64,000 nucleotides of DNA, from the NCBI RefSeq assembly GCF_963921235.1, contig NC_086097.1, forward strand, positions 203,858,001 through 203,922,000, given 5' to 3'. Shown in pieces: positions 1 to 12,300 of this stretch (within the stretch, counting starts at the first letter, position 1; the number at the start of each line of letters is the position of its first letter). Both the position numbers and the translations under genes were made by a program. Origin of the DNA: Mobula hypostoma (lineage: Eukaryota). The notes under the pieces are model-generated. The model saw nothing but the letters and a program-made list of their open reading frames with translations, did no database searches and was not told where the DNA came from.

Positions 1-531
1 GTGAGAGACAGAAGATCAAATGCAGCAAGCTGACTGCTGGCTGTGTGCCCAGAGACCTGAGTTCTTTGGGCATAGAGCTCGGAAAAAGTGACACAGCAGA
101 CTTTTAACATTGTAAATCAGTGAGTTGTTTGTTATGTCTGCCCCTTGCTGTGAAACGGAGACATCCCTTTCTCCCTTATGAGGGAGAGGGAGAGGGGGGA
201 GAGAGAGAGAGAGAGAGCGAGCCTGTGCTATATTGAATACCAGGTGAACAAGTAGTCTTTGGAGCACTGCGAGTTTGTGTCCTTGCTGATGCTTTGCTGC
301 ATGCTTGAGTGCTTGGTGGTGGGTGCCAATGCTTTTTTTTTCCAGTGAGGGGAGGGAGGATCATTGCTTGCTGTTGCTTACACGTGGGATGGGGGAGCTG
401 GGAAGGGGCTATGGGGTTCTAACATTTAACTCATTCTTTGGGGGCATTCCTCTGTTTGTGAAGAAAAAGTATTTTGGGATGAAAATTGTATATGTTTCTC
501 TGACATTAAATGTACCTTTGAAACCTTTTGA
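1..531 (+). mobile_element. Non-autonomous retroposon family A, 3' part (copy 1)
   Basis: Collinear with 45170-45671 and 63090-63408 (ggaaaaagtgac...ttgttatgtct...gctgtgaaac, GA run, gcttggtgg). Ends in ctgacattaaatgtacctttgaaaccttttgaa. Confidence 0.75.
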
Positions 532-718
532 AGTAAGACATTTTATGTTTAATGAAACTCATAACACATTTTATTGAACTCCAAAACCTGCCCACAAGCA
601 TGCTAAAACCTCTTTACATACTAACATCATGTCAGACCAGCCTCTTAAAGTGAAACCCCAACTCAATGTCAGTGCTTGTGAATGAAGTACTTTTCTCCCA
701 GTTAAGTTGCCCTATACA
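532..718 (-). repeat. Probable 3' LTR of the Gypsy element
   Basis: On minus, begins TGTATAGGG shortly after a 15-nt G tract (PPT) and has AATAAA at about 570-575. Distal end unclear. Confidence 0.55.
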
Positions 719-1383
719 GTGTGCGCCCCCCCCCCCCCCCAGGACTCACTGAAACCGGCATTGTAAGCCTGTCGGAAGCTCAGTCTCGGGTCCTGTGTTC
801 CATGGGTGGAGGACCAGCAGGTGTCTTTGGCTTGTCCAGAGATGTGTTTACACACTCATGGTCACGTCCTGATGCCAGGGTCATGGCAGTGGAATACTCC
901 AAATCTTGGTGGGCCAGCTTAAGGTAATCTACTGAAACATGTTCAGGTTTACCCCTCCTAACTATGACAAAAGTCTTCTTCCTGTTTCAAAACACAGAAC
1001 AGGCCATTGTAAGGGGGCCTGAGGGGATGCTGGTTAGCATCATGGTGGATGAAAGTAAATGAGGCGGTATGTAAGTCAGCAGGAACCCAAGAGTGTTGCA
1101 TGCGATGTTGGGAGGTACAAATGGGTGAAGAGGAATTGAATTTAATGAGGAGAGTGGAAACTGTTGAGATGATGTCCAGGCAGAAGTCCTGTCATGAATG
1201 AAATCACCTAGCACTTGTAATGGCTGCCCATACATAAACTCCAACATGGATGACTGCAGGTCCTCATTTGGACCAGTTCTGAGCCCCAGCACCCTGGGGT
1301 TCGATCATGCTAACACTCGCCTGTCAGAGCAGCCTTTAAGGAGCAGTGAAACCACTCATATAGGCCATTGGACTGCAGGGGAT

Positions 1384-1618
1384 ACACAATCAAAAAATGC
1401 TGGTGAACGCAGCAGGCCAGACAGCATCTATAGGAAGAGTTACAGTTGATGTTTCGGCCCGAGACCCTTCGTCAGACCCTTTGTTAGTCCTGACGAAGGG
1501 TCTCGGCCTGAAATGTCAACTGTACCTCTTCCTAAAGATGCTGCCTGGCCTGCTGCATTCACCAGCATTTTTTGTGTGTTTTACTTGAAATTCCAGCATC
1601 TGCAGATTTCCTCATGTT
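1384..1618. mobile_element. Palindromic Penelope-derived pLTR unit with two inverted hammerhead motifs
   Basis: Arms 1384-1476 and 1488-1580 are reverse complements. Each carries ctgacgaagggtctcgg(g/c)c(c/t)gaaa. The 3' end ttccagcatctgcagatttcctc matches other pLTR ends in the window (25790-25820, 39010-39040). Confidence 0.85.
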
Positions 1619-2182
1619 GAAGTGATGCACCATGGTATGATGTAGCCTAATGCTAAGGTTGTGGGCCATTGCAGGTCTAATATGAATTGGTGGCCACGGT
1701 CATAGGAAATATCAGATGGGGTGCCAAACAGAGGAACCCAGGTGCTGATGAATGCCCGAGCCACATCTACAGCCACCTTTGATGCTTGAGGGATGACCTC
1801 TGGCCACCTGGTGGTATGGCCTACTATGATCAGGAGGTATGTGAAACTGTGGGGGGAGGAAGAGGACCAACAAGGTTCACATTGACATGGTCAAACCACT
1901 CAGGAACCTCAAAAGCTGCCAATGCTGAATATGATGGTTAATTTTTGCCCACTGGCACTCCTCACAAGTCCGGCCAGCTAAGCACGCGATTAGGGATATT
2001 GCCTTTTAGTATGTTATACAGGAGAAGCATACGTTTTGCGGGTCACAGAATTAAGCAGTAATAGAAAGTTACCAAGCCTAAAAACTCCTGTAGTTTTTTC
2101 ATTGTGCGGGGCAGTGGAAAATCCATAATAGTGGCTACTTTTGATGGGAGGGGTTTCACACCTTCTGCGGAGATGCAATGGC

Positions 2183-4759
2183 CCAACAGTAGTAGTGAGG
2201 TCGGAGATGGTATTAAACAGGAAATTAGAAATGTGTGCAATAAAGGAACAGCAGTTATAATGGGTGACTTCAATCTACATGTAGATTGGGTGAACCAAAT
2301 TGGTAAAGGTGCTGAGGAAGAGGATTTCTTGGAATGTATGCGGGATGGTTTTTTGAACCAACATGTCAAGGAACCAACTAGAGAGCAGGCTATTCTGGAC
2401 TGGGTTTTGAGCAATGAGGAAGGGTTAATTAGCAATCTTGTCGTGAGAGGCCCCTTGGGTAAGAGTGACCATAATATGGTGGAATTCTTCATTAAGATGG
2501 AGAGTGACATAGTTAATTCGGAAACAAAGGTTCTGAACTTAAAGAGGGGTAACTTTGAAGGTATGAGACGTGAATTAGCTAAGATAGACTGGCAAATGAC
2601 ACTTAAAGGATTGACGGTGGATATGCAATGGCAAGCATTTAAAGGTTGCATGGATGAACTACAACAATTGTTCATCCCAGTTTGGCAAAAGAATAAATCA
2701 AGGAAGGTAGTGCACCCGTGGCTGACAAGAGAAATTAGGGATAGTATCAATTCCAAAGAAGAAGCATACAAATTAGCCAGAGAAAGTGGCTCACCTGGGG
2801 ACTGGGAGAAATTCAGAGTTCAGCAGAGGAGGACAAAGGGCTTAATTAGGAAGGGGAAAAAAGATTATGAGAGAAAACTGGCAGAGAACATAAAAACGGA
2901 CTGTAAAAGCTTTTATAGATATGTAAAAAGGAAAAGACTGGTAAAGACAAATGTAGGTCCCCTGCAGACAGAAACAGGTGAATTGATTATGGAGAGCAAG
3001 GACATGGCAGACCAATTGAATAATTACTTTGGTTCTGTCTTCACTAAGGAGGACATAAATAATCTTCCAGAAATAGTAGGGGACAGAGGGTCCAGTGAGA
3101 TGGAGGCACTGAGCGAAATACATGTTAGTATGGAAGTGGTGTTAGGTAAATTGAAGGGATTGAAGGCAGATAAATCCCCAGGGCCAGATGGTCTGCATCC
3201 TAGAGTGCTTAAGGAAGTAGCCCAAGAAATAGTGGATGCATTAGTGATAATTTTTCAAAACTCTTTAGATTCTGGACTAGTTCCTGAGGATTGGAGGGTG
3301 GCTAATGTAACCCCACTTTTTAAAAAAGGAGGGAGAGAGAAACCGGGGAATTATAGACCGGTTAGCCTAACGTCGGTGGTGGGGAAACTGCTGGAGTCAG
3401 TTATCAAGGATGTGATAACAGCACATTTGGAAAGCGGTGAAATCATCGGACAAAGTCAGCATGGATTTGTGAAAGGAAAATCATGTCTGACGAATCTCAT
3501 AGAATTTTTTGAGGATGTAACTAGTAGAGTGGATAGGGGAGAACCAGTGGATGTGGTATATTTGGATTGTCAAAAGGCTTTTGACAAGGTCCCACACGGG
3601 AGATTAGTGTGCAAACTTAAAGCACACGGTATTGGGGGTAAGGTATTGGTGTGGGTGGAGAACTGGTTAGCAGACAGGAAGCAAAGAGTGGGAATAAACG
3701 GGACCTTTTCAGAATGGCAGACGGTGACTAGTGGGGTACCGCAAGGCTCAGTGCTGGGACCCCAGTTGTTTACAATATATATTAATGACTTGGATGAGGG
3801 AATTGAATGCAGCATCTCCAAGTTTGCAGATGACAAGAAGCTGGGTGGCAGTGTTAGCTGTGAGGAGGATGCTAAGAGGATGCAGGGTGACTTGGATAGG
3901 TTGGGTGAGTGGGCAAATTCATGGCAGATGCAATTTAATGTGGATAAATGTGAAGTTATCCACTTTGGTGGCAAAAATAGGAAAACAGATTATTATCTGA
4001 ATGGTGGCCGATTAGGAAAAGGGGAGGTGCAATGAGACCTGGGTGTCATTATACACCAGTCATTGAAAGTGGGCATGCAGGTACAGCAGGCGGTGAAAAA
4101 GGCGAATGGTATGCTGGCATTTATAGCGAGAGGATTCGAGTACAGGAACAGGGAGGTACTACTGCAGTTGTACAAGGCCTTGGTGAGACCACACCTGGAG
4201 TATTGTGTGCAGTTTTGGTCCCCTAATCTGAGGAAAGACATCCTTGCCATAGAGGGAGTACAAAGAAGGTTCACCAGATTGATTCCTGGAATGGCAGGAC
4301 TTTCATATGAAGAAAGACTGGATGAACTGGGCTTGTACTCGTTGGAATTTAGAAGATTGAGGGGGGATCTGATTGAAACGTATAAAATCCTAAAGGGATT
4401 GGACAGGCTGGATGCAGGAAGATTGTTCCCGACGTTGGGGAAGTCCAGAACGAGGGGCCACAGTTTGAGGATAGAGGGGAAGCCTTTTAGGATCGAGATT
4501 AGGAAAAACTTCTTCACACAGAGAGTGGTGAATCTGTGGAATTCTCAGCCACAGGGAACAGTTGAGGCCAGTTCATTGGCTATATTTAAGAAGGAGTTAG
4601 ATATGGCCCTTGTGGCTACAGGGGTCAGGGGGTATGGAGGGAAGGCTGGGGTGGGGTTCTGAGTTGGATGATCAGCCATGATCATAATAAATGGCGGTGC
4701 AGGCTTGAAGGGCCGAACGGCCTACTCCTGCACCTATTTTCTATGTTTCTATGTTTCTA
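2183..4759 (+). mobile_element. Young 5'-truncated CR1 LINE (ORF2: C-terminal part of APE endonuclease plus RT)
   Basis: MGDFN, LDWVL, SDHN endonuclease motifs; KSPGPDG, NYRPVSLTS, VPQGSVLGP, FADD RT motifs. ORFs 2104..4035 and 4063..4662 share one frame separated by a single TGA. (TTCTATGT)n tail. Confidence 0.97.
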
Positions 4760-5749
4760 TGGTTGATAACCCAAGCTGGCATTTAGCAGGGTTAATAATC
4801 AACCTGTATTGGCATAAGGGCTTGAAAAGGGTTCAGAGGTGAGAAATGTGTTCGGATTTGGACGCACTGGTGACAAGTATAGCACCCAGGTAAACAAAAA
4901 GAAAATCTAAATCTTTTAATACAGAGTCCATCAGACATTGGAAAGTCTGTGCTGGATTTTTCAGTCCAAACTGTATGCACAGAATCTCAAAAAGGCCAAA
5001 CAGGTTAACACAGTTGTTTTGAGAATGTCCTCCAAGTACACAGTCACCTGATGGTAGCCCCTAACTAGATAGACTTCAGAAAAAATTAACTTCCCAGCTA
5101 ACTGTGCAGAAAAGTCTTGAATGTGTGGGACTGGGTAATGATCAGGGCTGCTGGTCTATCTAATCACCACATGGGTAGCAACCACCATCGGACTTGGGGA
5201 CCATATGGAGAGGTGAAGCCCAGGGACTATTCAAGTGGCGTGTAGTTCTGAGTCTTTCCATGTTAGCACACTTGGCCTTCATGGTTGCCAGCTTTTATGG
5301 ATCCAGTCTCTCCTCACAAGCATGGACTGTCGGGCCAGTAGTGGAAATGTGGGACTCGACCCCATGTTTTGTGACTGTAGTGGAGAAAGTGGGCTTGGTG
5401 AGGTCTGGAAATTTGTCCAGCAGTCAAGTAAACTCATTTTTTAATAACTCTTCATGCAGCAAATGCCTGATCAAGTTTGCATAGCCCCTGCTAAAGCATC
5501 CCTGAAGGACTATGGAGAGTTTCAATGGTGGCGTATGCACTTGACAGAGTCATTGAGGGGAACTTGCTGAGGGAGCAGGGTAACAACCCAAAGTGCTTGA
5601 CTTTCACAAGCCAGCAGTTCTCAATGGTCCTTGGACACTCAGGAAATCTGCACTGAGCACAGGTCCAACTACTTTAGCCAGGATGAAATCCCATGTGTAA
5701 CGTCGCCCACTGAAGCAGAGTGTCACCTGTCGAAGCCTGTAAGTCTGGA

Positions 5750-6484
5750 TCATGCAGTCATTGGCAGCCTCCAGTGAGGTTTTGTTGCTCTTTCCTTCTC
5801 ATCAATAGGCAATGCTGGCTGCACACTCACTTGAGCACCCGTGTCACACAGGAAAAGTCGACCTGAAAGGGTGTCTGTAATGAACCGTAGATGATTCTGG
5901 CAGCTGGAATCCATGGTGATCACAGACCTCTGATGTCTCGATGTGCTGGCATTGTCAAAGCTGCAGGGCAGCTGGCACTTCCTAGTGTTCATACTAAAGT
6001 GAGGGTGATAAAAGCACAGGCCCGGCGTCATCTGTTTTGCAGCCGTGGGCATCCTTATGTTGGGGGCCTTGCTGACCAGGCTTATTGAGGTAGAGAAAGA
6101 AGGAGGAATGGTGTAACACTGCCCAGCTGAGTGTAGACTGTCAGCCATTTTAGCAAGCTCCCTGTAGTCCTTCATGGGTGCATTAGCAATGGCTATGCAA
6201 ACTTGATCAGGCAATTGCTGCATGAAGAGTTCTTTAAAAATAAAACAAGGATAGTGATTTCCAAGGAGCGACAGCAAGTGGTCCAATAGCTCAAAAGGCT
6301 TAGCATTGCTGAGGCTGGGTAAGGAGAGCAACTGTTTGGCACGATCAGATTCCCATAGTCCAAAAGTCTGTAAAAGGCGAATTTTCAGCAATTGGTATTT
6401 AGTGTGTTCAGGTGGGTGTTCAAGCAGACTCACCACTCTTGCAGCTACGGAGTTTCTAAGCGACACTATCACATACACTAACAA
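5750..6484 (-). pseudogene. Gypsy gag-protease remnant (CHCC knuckle)
   Basis: ORF track 244 aa with CFYHPHFSMNTRKCQLPC and a DTGA aspartic-protease motif. Frame is lost after the protease start. Confidence 0.85.
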
Positions 6485-6486
6485 TG

Positions 6487-6650
6487 TAGGGAGAAAATCC
6501 CAAGTCTGTTCAACATTTTCTTATAGTTTATACCTGCAAATCCAGACAGCATCCCGATAAACCTCTTCTGCACCTTCTCCATATCCCTACTATAATTGGA
6601 TGACCAGAACGGCACATAAACTCCAAGTGTGTTCTGAATAAAGTTTTATA
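6487..6650 (-). mobile_element. Degraded CR1 3' fragment
   Basis: gaccagaac..cacataaactccaagtgtg resembles the reverse complement of the HLEYCVQFWS-coding segment. Confidence 0.55.
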
Positions 6651-6669
6651 CATGCAGATGACTTCCTTA

Positions 6670-7025
6670 CTGGCAATTCTGGACAACGTTTCTCATCCTC
6701 TGCATGACACCTTGCCTGAACAAAGGAGTCTTGGCTGAACTCAGTAATAGGCAAATACAACTGTGTTGCTCCAAAGAGCGCTACTTGAGGTAATTCTTAC
6801 CCTTGGCCATTAGGAGTGAGTTAACCTATAGTGACTTAACCTATAATGAGTTAACCTATAGCTAAAGAAGTAATGACCCTCTCCTGTTAGACTGTTGGAG
6901 GTAACTTATTTTTTTATTCTTTCTTACATCTTTTCTGATATTTGTATTTTTGTATATCTGTGCACTTCTAATGCTTGTAATTTTCTTTGGGATTAAAAAA
7001 GTAGCTATCTTTCTATATATCTACT
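6670..7025 (+). mobile_element. Rex1/Babar-type LINE 3' fragment with an internal 15-bp x3 tandem (6817-6861)
   Basis: ggacaacgtttctcatcctctgcat (LDNVSHPLH-like), T-rich 3' UTR, (ctat) tail; tgagttaacctata(g/a) repeated three times. Confidence 0.65.
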
Positions 7026-9335
7026 CTTATATGCATGAATGCCATACACCTTTTTACCACCTTATCCACTTACATAGTCACTTTCAGAGAACTATGGACC
7101 TGGACCCTGCGATCCCTGTTCAAGGGTCTATCATTAATTACATACTTTCTCCTTTCATTTGACCTTCTAACACTTCACATTTGTCCAGATTAAACTGCAT
7201 ATCAACCAAAATGGTGTAATAGTTATATTGTGCTACAAAGTGAAATAAATTTAAAGGGTTGCACACAATCGTTAAGGACAAACAGAGGAAAACCTCAAAG
7301 AACGTGGCTCATATAAAAAGAAACCCTCGCATCTCTCTGAGGAAAATCAGTTCAATTTTGTATTTCCAAGCAGGAGCAGAAGCTTCCTTTATGAGACTAT
7401 CTTCATGCACCTCCTAAAATGTTCAGATTTGCCAAAATTTCAAATGTTATTTCTGAATGTCCTGCATCACTTGATTTCCAATTTCATTGACAAATGGCCA
7501 AAAGCAGTTTACAAAAATAAAAACATGAAAATGCATCCATGCCTGTGACTTCACAGGCTGTGCTCTCCTGGAAGAGAAGCCAGGTGAGTCTGCATATTTG
7601 GAACATGAAATGTTCAGATTACCCTCATCTAATACCAAGTATAAGTTTTAGAGTAATTATAGATAAAATACTTGCACAGTATGGACCTAATAAAAGCCTA
7701 ACAGGAGGCATCAGTTATTGCTGGTAGTAATTCTATCGCCAGAAATAGTCATACAAATCACAAAAGTAGAAGTTTATTAACTATCTACTTTGAATTGACA
7801 GATCACAATGTGGATCCTAGGAGACATTACTGGGCAGAAAGTGGAAAAGATCTGCCTCTTCTAATTTTTACCTCAATATTAAACTAATATTTGGAGATTG
7901 CAGTGTGCTATCGCCAGCTCAAACACTGTCCGGCTATGGATCTTTTTGCACACACACTCATCAGCAGTAAAATACCAGCCCTTGGTCCAGTTATTTTAAA
8001 TTTATTGGTGATGAACATCTAAGCAATGGAAAGGCTGCTATTGTACTTATGGGATAACATTTCTGTAGCATTTCTCATCCCTGTTCCAAATATATGTTCT
8101 GTATCTGTACATAGAAATGCTAGTTAACATGCTGACTCGTTAACAAAAGGTCCACTGAAGCTAATAACTTGATTGTGACTGCTATGATATGGTGTTAATG
8201 TATAAGTCAATGTATGGCTGTTCCCTGCTGGTATTTCACCATCACTCTTGGATACTTCTGTCTGGTATCCAAATATGAATCAATACCACAATATCTGAAA
8301 GTGGATAATTCCAGTTCATACAGAACAGGTTTCTTCATCTGATTTTTTTATTCGCATTTACCTAGTTGAGGTGATCAAAGATTCATTATCTGATTGCTTG
8401 GAAATTCTGATCGTTTAGCATCTAGGTGGTAAAGGCCCTTGCTCCAAAGCTTCCTCAACTCAGCAGGGCCACCATTCTTGTGCTTCTTTTAAAACACTGG
8501 GGTTCCTGTGCTCCTTTTAAACTGATCCTGCTCTCCCTTCTACATGGAGGAGCCCTGGTTCTCACATTCCCTTTAAGAGACTAGCACTCCAGTCTATCTG
8601 CCTCCTTTAAACGTCAGTTTCTCTGGCAAATTTACCATCATACAATGTAATATCTAAAACAAAGAGCGAATTTTAAGTGTCTGAGTGTATTATTTTGAGG
8701 AATATCTAATTAGTCCAGAAAATCTTCCTTTCTGCCACAACCAAAGTGCCAGGTGCCAGATTATTGGAGTCTTGCTCCACAATGTAGCTTGAGCCTGGCT
8801 AATTCAGAATGGCTTTGCACAAAGCTGCAATAACTGGCTTTCAAAGTGTTTTGATTGCCAATCAAGTTGTAACTATATATTCTCCTCATTTTTCTGTGTT
8901 TTCTTAGCTTTTTTTTAATTGTTGCAATGGCAACAAAACTGAGAAATTAATGTTGATTAGTAACGAAAGGATGGTTAAGTAAAATAAAGTTCTAAAAACA
9001 TGATTTAGTATCAGCCAGTTCATAATGAATTGACATAAGTTTTACTTGGCCTTTGGAAAAGGTGATTTGTTTGGATTACAAAACAATTCCATTCCATTTT
9101 ATAATGTGATTTATAAATGATAAATTTGTTGGCAAAATGTTAGCCTACGAATCATAATATAATGTCATATATTCTTTCCATTCTTGTTAATTTTCTTTGT
9201 TCCTCCAAAGATGCTGACCCTTTGCTTTGCAGGGTTTGACAGATCTTGGCCATCTTCCTGATTTCTAGATCGAAATTTTGCAGCAAGACTGACAATTTAT
9301 AAGTTATATTATCAAACTTACAAAATAATTTTGTA

Positions 9336-12300
9336 ATACAAATGACATAGCAAGGAAGAGTGAAGAGGTCCTGGACAGTGAGTATAGAGAGCTTGGTAGG
9401 AAGTTGAAAGGCAGGACCTCAAGGGTGATAATCTCAGGATTGCTACCTGTGCTAGGTGTCAGTGAGGGTAGGAATAGGATGCTCTGGAGGAGGAACAAGT
9501 GGCTGAGGAACTGGTGTAGGGGGCAGGGTTTCAGATTTCAGGATCATTGGGACCTCTTCTGGGGCAGGTGGGACCTGTACAAGAGAGACGGGTTACACTT
9601 GAACTACAGGGGGACCAATATCCTTTCAGGGAGGTTTGTTAGTGCTATTGAGGAGGCTTTAAACTAGATTTGCAGGGGGCTGGGAACCAGAGTGCCAGAG
9701 CTGACAGTGTGACTGGGGTGAAAATAAATGATATTGAAAGTTTAAGCAAATCCGCTGATAGAAAGGTTGTGAGTGGTGGTAAAAATCTTCTGAGGTGTAT
9801 ATATTTCAATGCTAGGAGTATTGCGGGGAAGGCAGATAGTTGAGGCGTGGATTGACACGTGGAATTATGATGTTGTAGCAATTAGTGAAACTTGGCTACA
9901 GGAGGGGCAGGACTGGCAGCTTAATATTCCAGGGTTCTGATGTGTCAGATGTGATCGAGGCAGAGGAATGAAAGGTGGGGGAGTAGTATTGCTTGTTAGG
10001 GAAAATATTACAGCAGTGCTCAGGCAGGACAGATTAGAGGGCTTGTCTACTGAGTCCTTATGGGTGGAGCTGAGAAACAGGAAAGGTATGGCCACATTAG
10101 TGCAATTGTATTACAGACCACCCAATAGTCAATGAGACTTGGAAGAGCAAATCTGCAGAGAGATAGCAGGCAACTGCAGGAAACATAAAGTTGTGGTGGT
10201 AGGGGATTTTAATTTTCCATACATTGATTGGGACTCCCATACTGTTAGGGGTCTAGATGGTTTAGAGTTTGTAAAATGTGTTCAGGAAAGTTTTCTAAAT
10301 CAGTATATAGAGGGACCAACTAGAGGGGATGCAATATTGGATCTCCTGTTAGGAAACGAATTAGGGCAAGTGACAGAAGTCTGTGTAGGGGAGCACTTTG
10401 GTTCCAGTGATCATAACACCATTAGTTTCAATTTGATCATGGACAAGGATAGATCTGGTCCTAGGGTTGAGTTTCTGAACTGGAAGAAGGCCAAATTTGA
10501 AGAAATGAGAAAGGATCTAAAAAGCGTGGATTGGGACAGGTTGTTCTCTGGCAAAGATGTGATTGGTAGGTGGGAAGCCTTCAAAGGGGAAATTTTGAGA
10601 GTGCAGAGTTTGTATGTTCCTGTCAGGATTAAAGGCAAATTGAATAGGAATAAGGAACCTTGGTTCTCAAGGGATATTGCAACTCTGATAAAGAAGAAGA
10701 GGGAGTTGTATGAAATGTATAGGAAACGGGGTAAATCAGGTGCTTGAGGAGTATAAGAAGTGCAAGAAAATACTTAAGAAAGAAATCAGGAGGGCAAAAA
10801 GAAGACATGAGGTTGCCTTGGCAGTCAAAGTGAAAGATAATCCAAAGAGCTTTTACAAGTATATTAAGAGCAAAAGTATTGTAAGGGATAAAATTGGTCC
10901 TCTTGAAGATCAGAGTGGTCGGCTTTGTGCGGAACCAAAGGAAATGGGGGAGATCTTAAATAGGTTTTTTGCGTCTGTATTTACTAAGGAAGCTGGCATG
11001 AAATCTATGGAATTGAAGGAATCAAGTAGTGAGACCATGGAAACTGTACAGATTGAAAAGGAAGAGGTGCTTGCTGTCTTGAGGAAAATTAAAGTGGATA
11101 AATCCCCGGGACCTGACAGAGTGTTCCCTCGGACCTTGAAGGAGACTAGTGTTGAAATTGCGGGGGCCCTGGCAGAAATATTTAAAATGTCGCTGTCTAC
11201 GGGAGAAGTGCCGGAGGATTGGAGAGTGGCTCATGTTGTTCCGTTGTTTAAAAAAGGATCGAAAAGTAATCCGGGAAATTATAGGCCGGTGAGTTTAACG
11301 TCAGTAGTAGGTAAGTTATTGGAGAGAGTACTAAGAGACAGAATCTACAAGCATTTGGATAGACAGGGGCTTATTAAGGAGAGTCAACATGGCTTTGTGC
11401 GTGGTAGGTCATGTTTGACCAATCTGTTGGAGCTTTTCGAGGAGGTTACCAGTAAAGTGGATGAAGGGAAGGCAGTGGATATTGTCTACATGGACTTCAG
11501 TAAGGCCTTTGACAAGGTCCCGCATGGGAGGTTAGTTAGGAAAATTCAGTCGCTAGGTATACATGGAGAGGAGGTAAATTGGATTAGACATTGGCTCAAT
11601 GGAAGAAGCCAGAGAGTGGTGGTAGAGAATTGCTTCTCTGAGTGGAGGCCTGTGACTAGTGGTGTGCCACAGGGATCAGTGCTGGGTCCATTGTTATTTG
11701 TCATCTATATCAATGATCTGGATGATAATGTGGTAAATTGGATCAGCAAGTTTGCTGATGATACAAAGATTGGAGGTGTAGTAGACAGTGAGGAAGGTTT
11801 TCAGAGCCTGCAGAGGGACTTGGACCAGCTGGAAAAATGGGCTGAAAAATGGCAGATGGAGTTTAATGCTGACAAGTGTGAGGTATTGCACATTGGAAGG
11901 ACAAACCAACGTAGAACATACAGGGTTAATGGTAAGGCACTGAGGAGTGCAGTGGAACAGAGGGATCTGGGAATACAGATACAAAATTCCCTAAAAGTGG
12001 TGTCACAGGTAGATAGGGTCGTAAAGAGAGCTTTTGGTATGTGACGAGAATACACATAAAATTAAGATGTTTGCTGGCCTGGGTTAGCATCAGTAACATC
12101 AGCAAGTGGTCTGCCACCTGCCCTCAGGGGAAGGAGAGACAAGGAACAATGGAGCAGCGTCTGGAGATGTGTAATGAAGGGACGTGGGAGAGAGAGAGCT
12201 GTCTGGAGCGGCTCCCCCTTTGAACCCTGAACTGTTTGAAGTGATGGACAGGCGATACCCCAGCAGGGGGATAAAAAGGGACCGGTTTGCTAAGGCGACA

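Larger units (their letters stand above)
532..6484 (-). mobile_element. Decayed Gypsy/Ty3 LTR retrotransposon, CsRn1-like clade, interrupted by a CR1 (2183-4759) and a PLE hairpin (1384-1618)
   Basis: Gag with CFYH-x9-C-x3-C and protease FLCDTGAQVSV (ORF 5750..6484). RT ...IINPAKCQLGLST / GHCISAEGVKPLPSKVATIMDFP. Integrase CEEC, TTRWPE and QSNGL motifs at about 760-1975. Poly-G PPT at 726-740. Confidence 0.9.

Noticed and set aside
2104..4035. 643-aa ORF as a host or novel RT gene
   Set aside because: It is 5'-truncated CR1 ORF2. The first 26 or so residues are antisense Gypsy sequence and it ends at a premature stop.
6817..6861. CRISPR-like repeat
   Set aside because: Three adjacent 15-bp units with no spacers; slippage inside a LINE fragment.
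8199..8310. Minus-strand terminal exon (YCGIDSYLDTRQKYPRVMVKYQQGTAIH*)
   Set aside because: An acceptor-like site is present, but I recognise no homology and see no partner exons.
8365..8790. Old DNA-transposon MITE with loose cctttaaa repeats
   Set aside because: Terminal inverted repeats and TSD are too degraded to support.
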